A stretch of DNA of 64,000 nt from Geosiphon pyriformis uo1 (lineage: Eukaryota > Fungi > Glomeromycota), in assembly GCA_016748015.1 (NCBI GenBank), contig JAAOMT010000599.1, positions 393,099 through 457,098 of the forward strand, in the 5' to 3' direction. The notes under the pieces were generated by a model. It was not told where the DNA came from and searched no databases. It was given only the letters and a program-made list of their open reading frames with translations. Positions 13,572-23,701 of this stretch are shown one piece after another; positions within the stretch are counted from its first letter, which is position 1; every line of letters begins with the position of its first letter. The translations under genes were made by a program, and so were the position numbers.

Positions 13572-14444
13572 TGTTACTTATAGAAATATAGGAAATATAT
13601 TAGCATAATTATTAGCCAATCAGAAGTAAGCATAGTAAATGTGGAATTCCAGGATTCCTCTCAGGAATTGCAGGATTCCAGGAATTTCAGGATTCCCCAA
13701 CGAGAAATTACAAGATTCCAGAATTCCAGGATTCCTCTCAAAGGAATCACAGAATTCCAGGAATTCCAGGATTCTTGTCATAAAGAATCAAGGAATTGAA
13801 GAATCTCAATTATCAGTAGTATTAAAAACAGAAAAGACAGAATTGATACTACAGAATCCTTAGCAAAGAAACTATTCATCAAATAAATAATTATTCCATT
13901 TTTCAATTCACTCTCCACTATCAACACTTCATGTTGATAGTAATTGATACTTAACCACGCTGGAACAATAGCTTTTGATCACGGCTATTGATGAGATACT
14001 AACTGACCACATTGCCTTGGCTTATTTTATTTAATTTCTTTATTTTTCCTTTATTTTATTTTCTTTCTTTTTTTGATTTTGTTGTTGTGTACTAATTGAT
14101 TAAAGGATTAAGCACTAAAGTTATTGACGTCAAGGATAGCCTGGTAAAAGACCCAGAAATAAGGGTAGGATTTATATATTATCGGATAGCTTACCAGAAG
14201 GGCATGACTGCCAGACTAAATCCGGCCACCACATTAAGAAAGAAATTGGAAAAACTATTTGAAAGATACACCTACTATTGACACTATTGAATCTCTGTCT
14301 ATTATACAAAGAACTCCATCAAACCCTTCAGATACAAAACTTTCAGATACCATACCTTCCACACATTATCCACGAAAGTAGCTTTTGAGTACCAAGTTAC
14401 GGGTTTGTTATTCAATACAACAGCAGAAATAATCATCTGTAACA
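13572..14444 (+). repeat. 5' LTR of A1 (873 bp)
   Basis: Direct repeat of 22844-23701; followed by the PBS. Confidence 0.95.
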
Positions 14445-14446
14445 TT

Positions 14447-14463
14447 TGGTGCTCCCTGTGAGA
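14447..14463 (+). promoter_or_regulatory. Primer binding site TGGTGCTCCCTGTGAG (tRNA identity not determined; Thr or Ile plausible)
   Basis: Starts with TGG 2 nt after the LTR end; the same motif follows the LTR at 60964. Confidence 0.85.
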
Positions 14464-14506
14464 TATAATCTTACAGAGAACCAGCACCAACAACACCAAA
14501 CCAAAA

Positions 14507-17500
14507 GTGGCAGAATCAGAAATTATAGGAGCAAACCATTTAGGATTCACAAAATCTTTATTTTAACACTATTGTCAATACTTGGGATTAAACCACAATC
14601 ATATATCTGCCGAATCAGTCTTCAATTTCTACATCAACAAAAAGATTTTCTCTTTATTAGAAACACCAGTGAATACTGAATCAGCAAGAAAAATTTTCTA
14701 TAAGGAATTAATTCAAAACACCAACCTACCAACAAACCATAATTTTGCATCCATTATCACTGAGATCAACAAAGAAATTGAACACCACACTCAACAAAGA
14801 TATCCAATTACATACGCTAGTAAAGGCAAGGGGAAATTACAAACCCCAGCAGTAACACCCTGAAAAATACAGCCACCTGCTTGGAAGAAAAACAGAGTTG
14901 AATCCTCAAGCAACCCATCATACCACTATACATCTGGAAGCGCCATCAACATATCATCAACTAACGCGTTTCCATCAACTGTGACATCAGCATTTGGATG
15001 ATTCCCATTCTAAAATAGACAAAGGAAAACAGAATTGTTAGAACCATATGGTGAATACTTTGAAGAATTTAATTCGCAATCATCAACCCCATTAGAACTT
15101 TGATCACCACTACCTTCACTAGATTTCGGAATCTCTAATCCATGGAAAGCAGCAGAATCAGAAAAGGAGGAAGAAGAATCAGAGGATCAAAAATTCACTT
15201 ACCTGCACCCGATCACTGAAAACCCGGAAGTTGAAACCCCGAACATTCAAACTCAGCAACAGTTAGAAAATCTGGAAATCAAAACTCCAAATATTTGAAC
15301 ACCGCCAAATCAAAAAAATCAAAACCCCAAATTAATTAATCAGCAAAACTTACCTCCGGTAATTGTCATTAATCAACTGCCAATTAATCCCATAGCCAAA
15401 CCCATACAGCAGCCACTTCAGCTACCACTCCAACAGCCAGGACAATAACAACTGCTTCAACAGCCACCACAACCACCTAACTTAGATCCAATGGCCTATG
15501 CACCAATCGCAAAACTTGACAACTTTACGGGCGAAGAAAATGACACTCAAATATGGCTGAATGATGTAGAAAAAGCCATCGCAGCCAACGGATGAAATGA
15601 CGCTTGAGCAATGCAAGCCATTCCCTACTTTCTCAAGAATACTGCCAATTCATGGTACTAGAGCTTGATTAATAAACCACAAGATTTTAATGCCTTCAAA
15701 ACAGAATTCCTAAGATACTTCAGCAACAATAACAGCATCAATTGCCTAGTCAATGCATTTACTACCATGAAACAAGAAGAAACTGAAACAGTCACCACTT
15801 ACCTGGGATGCTTCCATTGAAACCTATGCCAAATTCAAGCAATTAACGCCAACTATTTCACAGCACCACAGATACTCAATCAGTTTATCCATGGCCTGCG
15901 CAGCAGTATCTTACAACATGTATGTCCATTGCATTCAGGCACCCTTTAAAATGCAGTCACATGCACCAGAGATTTTGAATCCGCTGAGTCAGAGGCTAAC
16001 CACGCCCAAGCCGTTAATCTAGTAATGAACAGATCATCTGAATTGGATTCCAAATTGGAGAAGTTCAGTGAATCAATCAATAAGAGATTGGAAGAATACT
16101 TAGCTGACAATTATGCCATATATCAGCCTCCACAACGATGCAATAATCAAAGAAACTTTAATTGTGCTTAAAATCAATCACATCCATCTTCATCAACCAA
16201 TCAACAGTGGCAACAGGAAACGCGTATTTGCCACTATTGTGGTAAACAAGGACATATCCAAATTGACTGTCACCAGCAGTTAAATAACCAACAATTAGGA
16301 AATCTATATTGAAACCTCGATTGCTGGTTCCAAACTCTGAATCAGTACCCAAATCAAAACCCACCTGCTTACCTACTAGTGATACAGTCATCAGTCTATC
16401 AGTCTCCAGTATATCAACCTCCAATTTATCAGCTGCAGCCACAAGTAATATATCAACCGCAGCCACAAATAATCTATCAACCCTAACAGATCCAAACACC
16501 ACCCCAAAGCTTACCACCCAATGGAACCCAAAGACCGAGAATGACTCAACAGAGCTGGAGATCGGCAATGGTAGTCCATCAACCAATCCCCAGTTCTTTA
16601 CAGCAACCATCTGGATTACGCCAGTGGAATTTGGGTACCAGTCAACTCCAAAACCTGAATTCCCAGAACTATTTAAGTCTCTTGGTCACCCCAGAAGACA
16701 CTTCAACCAATAACCCAGCATTTACCCAAAAACAACTACTCACCAGTAATATCTCACCTGCTACCATTACCAAAGACAAGTCATTGGCCGCTATCTTCCC
16801 ATTTGAATTTGAAAAAACAGCTGCAATGCCATTATTTAGTGGAGCCGCTATTGAAGCCAAACCAATTACCGTGATATACACTGACACCAAAGTAGAAAGA
16901 CAATCCATCAAATTGATTCTGAACAGTGGTTCCGCAGGCAGCATAATCACAAGACAACTCATGGATCAATTAGGTCGCCGAGTTGATCGAGCTGCCAGCG
17001 CCAGAATCATCACAGCTGATGGAGCAACCAAAACTCCAATTGGCAAAATTGATAACTTTTCTTTTAAAGTCAATGGTATTATGACTCCTATTAAAGTTCT
17101 AGTGATGGAAGCCACTCAATACCAAGCTCTCGTTGGTAATAACTGGCTATCCAAAGTCAATGCAACATTAGACTGGAACACCCAGGAACTCCAGCTAACA
17201 TATCAAGGCCAATATATACATGTTCTGGCCATGTGTGGCCACTTCAAAACTCCTCCAAAAAAGAAACTATTGATCGAACTGGAGGAAGAGAAAAAAAAGC
17301 CTACCTGGGAAGTCTACCAAGTGTCATGGACGGACGAAGAGCACAACAAACTACCACCAATACTCTCCTGGGATGACAGCAACAAGAGAAAAGGGAAACA
17401 AACAGAAGAACTTACCTGGGAAACTGATGACCTGACATGGACTGACAACAACGAGAGTGAACCGACTTCAAGCTGGGAATAGGAAGAGGACAAAGAAAAT

Positions 17501-20500
17501 AAAGGAAAAGGGAAAGAAGAAGAGACCACCCAAACCACCATTATTTATAATACCTACACTATACCACAATAATCTACCTATCGTTGACCTAAGCTTATAT
17601 GTGTTGATTGTGGCAAAAAATTGTCGTCAATGGGCGCATGCTGTGGGGACGATGAGGAATATTCAATGGCAACTAGGTTCTATTGCCACTTATGTGTCCT
17701 TGAACGCTTTGGAAAATCCAAACAAGTAGGGAAATAGGACAATCAGCCATGCTTAGCTTGTGGAGAGACTCTCTTGGACGAAGGAATGTGGCATGACATT
17801 CCTGGACGTGGAGGAACGTGTGACGTAGAGTGTCAATACACGATTCTGATCAGCGACTGAGTTAAAAAGGAGACACCAATCGAAGCCACCTGGCAAAGAG
17901 CAGTGCGACAATTAGACAGTTGTCCACATGATGACGACAAAATTTGGAGAATGGCAACTGCCAAAATTAAAGGCGCATTGCCAGAAGAAATCCGGACAAT
18001 CAAAAACAACCCACCAGAACCTATTGAGCTTGACTGGGATGCAAAGCCAGTTATAAATTTTCTAGAACCAGAAGAGTTCCATGAACACTACCAAAACTTG
18101 GCACCCACTAGAGAAGAGCAAGAACAACGGCTAGTACAGTTAAATACAAAACTGTGTCGTCATTGTTTAATTCCCAGTGACTTTGAATATTGTGACGATT
18201 GTGACCTCATTTACAATCCACCACCATGCATGATTTACTCAATCCCTGAAGAAGAAGAACCAATCAGCAGCTGTGCATCGGAATCAGAATTGCTGATTAA
18301 TCGCGATCCAGACTCCGACGATGACAATGAAAACACTGGTTCCAGCTCCATTCAAAATGGCAATGATGACGAAAACAATTCAGACTCAGATTCAAAACCC
18401 AATTTAAACTATGAACAATACATTGCACTACCAGATCTCTCTAAGGAACAAGAGTTAAAATAGTATAGTGACAATGGGGAAGGTATTATGCCAGAATTTG
18501 TGCATAATACGGATGTAGAGTTTGATCTAAGATATTCAAAAAAAGATGCCATCAAATTAGAACCGCATTCACGCACCTGCATTGATCTGAAAATAGCACT
18601 AGAGATTCTAGCAACAACAATGGTTCAATTAGCATCTAGGAGTAGTTTAGTGAAAAGAGGGATCAATATAAGAGGAGGAATAATTGATGCAGGATATGTA
18701 GAAAATATTATCGCCATGCTACAAAATAACTCAGAAAAGGCCTATATAATAGAGCCCAATGAAAAGATAGCACAGACAATATTCCTGCCTCTGATTAGAG
18801 TAGCTCAGTTAGTGTCAGTGGGAAAGAGGGAGGAATTAGGAATAACAGCGAGAGGAATACAAGGATTTGGATCAACGGGTAGAATAGATATATCAGTTAA
18901 TATGGCAGAGGAAAAAATTGTTGGCCAAGGAGAAATTATCTCAACCGGTCAAGCTATTTCCATTCCACCATATAGCCAGTACATGTTAGCAATAAAAAGG
19001 AAGGAAAAAGAGCAAAAACAGATTTTTGAAGTGGAAACAACCCTTTGTGAATTAGGAGAAATTGGGTTGATCAATCTCCACATACCAGCCAAAAGCTATA
19101 GAAGCATAAAAATTCCCATCTACAACAACACTGACAATATCATCAACATACCAGAAGGAACCACTATCAGATATTTAACCACAGAAATAGAAAACCAACC
19201 ACCAAACTCCATTCCAGACTTTCCACAACTTTGTGGATATGTTGACATCACATCACAAACAATCTATGAATGAGACAAATGTTATTTGCTCCAACCAGAA
19301 CAATTGGAACAAATGAACATGGGAAACTTAAATCCACTCCAATGTATGCAGCTCAAGATGTTACTCAACAATTTCAATGACATCTTTGTCAGCGAAAATG
19401 AGTTTGGCCGAACTGATATCATCCAGCATCAAATCAAGACTGAAGATACAATGCCAATCAAACAAAGAGCATACAGAGTGCCACCAGCCAGCCACAAGAT
19501 TATTCGTCAAAAGATAAACAGAATGCTTGACAATGGGCTAATTCAATCATTAATGAGTTTATGGTCATTACCAGTGGTACTCGTCTGTAAGAAAAATGGA
19601 AAAATCCAGTTTTGTGTAGACTACAGGAAACTTAATGATGTAATTTGTGGAGACAGTTATCCAACTCCACAAATACAGAAATTATTCGATGCTTTCGGTG
19701 AGAACAAATGGTTCTCCACATTAGATTTGAACAGTGGTTACAGGGAAATAGCCATGAATCCAGCTGACAAAAAGAAGACAGCATTTATTACTAGAGAAGA
19801 GAATTTTGAATTTGAAGTAATGCCATTTGGGTTAACCAATACCCTTGCAACTTTTCAATAGCTAATGGAAATTGTTTATATTGGTTTATTGTGGAAATCA
19901 GTAGTTGTATACTTGGACAACACCAATGTATTCTCAAAGACATTTGATGATTATTTTCATCATCTTCAACAAGTGTTCGAAAGACTAAGAAGAGTAGGAC
20001 TAAAGTTAAATGTGACAAAGTGCTTTTTTGGCAAGACAAAACTCAAATTTTTGGAACACATAGTCAGCAAAGACGGCATCAAAATGGATCCAGAGAAAAT
20101 AGAGATAGTAAAGAACTTTCCAGTGCTGACTAATATAACAGAACTGAAATCATTCTTAGGATTTGCCAGTTACTATCGTCGTTTTATCAAGAACTTTTTC
20201 AAGATAGCACAGCCACTTAATCAATTGCAAAACAAAAATGCAAAATATAAATGGACAGAAAGTTAACAAGAAGCTTTTGATATTCTAAGAAAAAAGCTTA
20301 TCCAAGCTCCAGTACTGATCTATCCAAATTACAGCAAACCATTCATCATCACCACTGATGCATCCGGCCAAGCATTGGGAGCAATATTATCTTAGAGAGG
20401 ACCAGACGGCAGAGAACATCCAGTAGCATATGCCAGTAGAGGTTTAACACCAGCCGAAAAGAACTATAGAACACCAGAACAAGAACACTTAGCAATATAC

Positions 20501-20710
20501 TACATTATGAAATGGAAAGAATACTTGAGCCAGAAGTTTGAAGTATACACAGATCACAAGGAATTAACATCACTTCAAAAACAAGAATTTGGAGATGGAA
20601 GACAGTCAAGATGGAAAATAGCACTTGCACCATACAATTATACTATACATTACAAAAAGGGAAAAGACAACAGAAATGCTGACAGTTTATCGTGAATAAG
20701 ACAAATCTAA
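14507..20710 (+). pseudogene. Single-frame Gag-PR-Cys-rich-dUTPase-RT-RNase H polyprotein of A1
   Basis: Track ORFs starting at 14582, 16541, 17903, 18488, 19286, 19865 and 20507 all share one frame; capsid-like MAYAPIAKLDNFTGE at 15491; CHYCGKQGHIQIDC knuckle; IL(D>N)SGSAGS protease; FCVDYRKLN, YLD(D>N), TDASG, VYTDH, NADSLS. Confidence 0.9.
18488..18890 (+). pseudogene. dUTPase domain inside Gypsy pol
   Basis: Trimeric dUTPase motifs: EFDL, SRSSL, GGIIDAGY, EKIAQ, RGIQGFGSTG. Confidence 0.9.
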
Positions 20711-20773
20711 GAACATTTCAACCCAAAAATATAATAAAACCAGAACAATACCAATGGAAAAATACAACAAAAG

Positions 20774-22146
20774 ATGAACATACAAAAATATCAACAATTG
20801 CAACACTATCTAAACACTCAACAGTTCAAGGAGAATTTATCTCATATGGAATGAAGGAGTATCAAACAATAATCAAAATATTATATTACTTACCAAAATA
20901 TACTTTATTGGAAAAATAAAAAGGATCCAGATCAACCAACCAGAGTAATTACGGAGCCAGAAAAAGAGACAATATTATTCAACATGCACTCAAATCCAAC
21001 AGCAGGACATTTTCACAAAGAAGCAACCATGAAAAGAACTAGAAAAAGATACTATTGGCCATCAATATACCCAGACATCATTCAATATGTTCAAAATTGT
21101 GATGCTTGTCAGTGAAGAAGAGGAACAAGATTCAGTGAATCATTAAGACCAATCAAAGTGGGACAACTATTTGACTGTATGGAAATTGATTTAGTTGGAC
21201 CATTAACAATTACCAGCAGAGGAAACAGATACATAGCAGTAGCTATGGACTATCTCACTAAATGGCCAGAGACGAAAGCAATTCAAAGAGTGGATACAGA
21301 ATCCATTGCCAAATTTGTTCATTAGGATTTGATTTGTCGACATGGATGTCCAAAAGAATTATTATCAGACCAAGGAACTCATTTTGTGAACAGAACATTA
21401 ACAGAATTGAGCCAAAGATTCAGAATCAAGAGACCATTATCATCACCATATCATCCACAAACCAACAGATTAGTAGAAAAATTCAACAGAACATTGTGTG
21501 AAACAATAGCCAAGCTCAGCCAAAAAAACCAGAACAATTGGAATTTGTTCATACCATCAGTACTATTTGCTTATCGGACAACGAAACAGGATACTACACA
21601 AGCAAATTAGTATATGAGAGAATAGCAATGTTACCAGTAGAGAGAGAAATTAATACATATCCAGCTGAACCAATAACAGAAAAAAATTTTCAAGAAACAT
21701 TGTTGAGAAAAACATATGACTTAATAAAAACATTGGAAAACAAATGAAGAAGAGCAGCTGATAATATCTAAAAGTCATAAGAAACACAGAAAAAAAGACA
21801 CGATAGTCAACTACCAGACAAACCAGTTAAATTCAAGATCGGAGACAAAGTATTATTACATCGTACCAAAGTGGAAAAACAATGGAGTAGAAAATTTGAT
21901 CCCAAATGGGATGGACCATTTCACATAGAAGAAATTCTAGGAAATGGAGCTTACAAATTAAGATTGGATAACAAAATTTTAACCAAAGCAGCACATGGAG
22001 ATTGACTGAAATCATATCACAACATCACACTACCATCTACCAGTAATATTTCACAATTAGGAGTACAGAGAATACTAGTCTAACCAGATGAGATTCTTCA
22101 AGATCTGGAACCAATCATTATTATCAACAACAACATGTTAAATTGA
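20774..22146 (+). pseudogene. Integrase of A1, encoded as a separate ORF
   Basis: ATG at 20774; HHCC (MHSNPTAGH...CDAC), DDE core (GIDL, LLSDQG, LVEKFN), KWDGPF motif; one frameshift near 21600. Confidence 0.85.
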
Positions 22147-22200
22147 TTCATCAAAAGAATATATAAAGACATGATAGACATGACAGGAAATATCAGAAAA

Positions 22201-22830
22201 ATGGAAATTACAAACAACATTCACGCATTAGCACAACAACTCTTTTAATTAATCCAACACCAGGAAATGGAGATTACAATCAATCAACAAACCATTCAAT
22301 ATCAAGATACTAGAAAGACATTTCAACTCAGAACACAGAAGAAAACTGAAAATACTGTAGACAAAATCATGGCAAAAGTAAAATTAGCAATAAAAAAATC
22401 GACAAAAGAATCACTATATCAAGAGTTGACTAAAAAAACTTGGAATTGGTGGATACAACAATTTCCATGAAACTATTGTTATTTTTACTTGGGACAACAC
22501 ATAAATATCCAGAATCTATATACAGATAAAACAAAGTAATTATTTGACAAAAGAATACTACAACAATTAGAACATTTTGTGGGAAAGAACAACTTATTCA
22601 TACAAGCCTGAGCCATATACCGAATACACACAGTATTTTAGAATAAACCAGAAATATTGCTCAACAGAGCAATGGATATGATTACCAGTAATCAATTGGG
22701 AAAAATCACAAATGCTCAATTTGAAGAATTACAGACCCAAATAACACAAGTAATTCTTGAAAACAAAATCCAGGAAATACTTCAAAAGGGGGAATTACAT
22801 AAGTTAGATTTCGACGGAGCTCAATATTAA
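22201..22830 (+). pseudogene. Extra ORF (ORF3) in the env position, about 210 aa, unknown function
   Basis: One frame MEITNNIH...DFDGAQY* ending at the PPT; homologs at 56238-56873 and about 45320-46030. Confidence 0.75.
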
Positions 22831-22840
22831 AAGGAGGGAA
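22829..22840 (+). promoter_or_regulatory. Polypurine tract
   Basis: aaaaggagggaa, 3 nt before the 3' LTR. Confidence 0.85.
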
Positions 22841-22843
22841 TAA

Positions 22844-23701
22844 TGTTACTCATAGAAATATAGGAAATATATTAGCATAATTATTAGCCAATCAGAAGTA
22901 AGTGTAGTAAATGTGGAATTCCAGAATTTCTCTCAGGAATTGCAGAATTCCAGGAATTTCAGAATTCCCCAACGAGAAATTGCAGGATTCCAGAATTCCA
23001 AGATTCCTGTCGTAAAGAATCAAGGAATTGAGGGATCCCAATTATGTATATATAGCAGTAGTGTTAGAAACAGAAAAGACAGAATCGATACTACAGAATC
23101 CTTAGCAAAGAAACCAATCATCAAATAAATAATTATTCCATTTCTCAATCCACTCTCCACTATCAACACTTCATGTTGATAGTAATTGATACTTAACCAC
23201 GTTGGAACAATAGCTTTTGATCATGGCTATTGATGAGATACTAACCGACCACATTGTCTTGGCTTATTTTATTTAATTTCTTTATTTTTTCTTTATTTTA
23301 TTTTCTTTTTTTCTTTGATTTTGTTGTTGTGTACTAATTGATTAAAGGATTAAGCACTGAAGTTATTGACATCAAGGATAATCTGGTAAAAGACCCAAAA
23401 ATAAGGGTAGGATTTATATATTATCGGATAGCTTACCAGAAGGGCACAACTGCCAAACTAAATTTGGCCACCATGTTGAGAAAGAAATTGGGAAAACTAT
23501 TTGAAAAATATATCTACTATTGACACTATTGAATCTCTGTCTATTATACAAAGGACTCTATTAAACTCTTCAGATACAAAACCTTCAGATACAAAATTTT
23601 CAGATATCATACCTTCCGCATATTATCCACGAAAGTAGCTTTTGAGCACCAAGTTATGGGTTTGTTATTCAATACAACAGCAGAAATAATTACCTGTAAC
23701 A
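22844..23701 (+). repeat. 3' LTR of A1 (858 bp) with TATA box at about 23047-23055
   Basis: Direct repeat of the 5' LTR; tgtatatatagcagt motif. Confidence 0.95.

Larger units (their letters stand above)
13572..23701 (+). mobile_element. Full-length Ty3/Gypsy LTR retrotransposon, family A (copy A1, about 10.1 kb), dUTPase-bearing, inactivated by stops
   Basis: Two LTRs TGTTA...TAACA, PBS, PPT; PR-RT-RH-IN order; flanking 4-mers tcaa/ttga fit a deaminated TCGA TSD. Confidence 0.95.

Noticed and set aside
13640-13790. CRISPR-like array in the ggaattcc repeats (also 44170-44320 and 55970-56160)
   Set aside because: No unique spacers of constant length and no cas genes; the repeats are U3 modules of LTRs
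13985-14030. Hammerhead ribozyme core (ttgatgag)
   Set aside because: The CUGANGA/GAAA core is not conserved in the other LTR copies (ttgacaga, ttgatgga)
22201-22830. Calling ORF3 an env gene
   Set aside because: No signal peptide, fusion peptide or transmembrane anchor is visible
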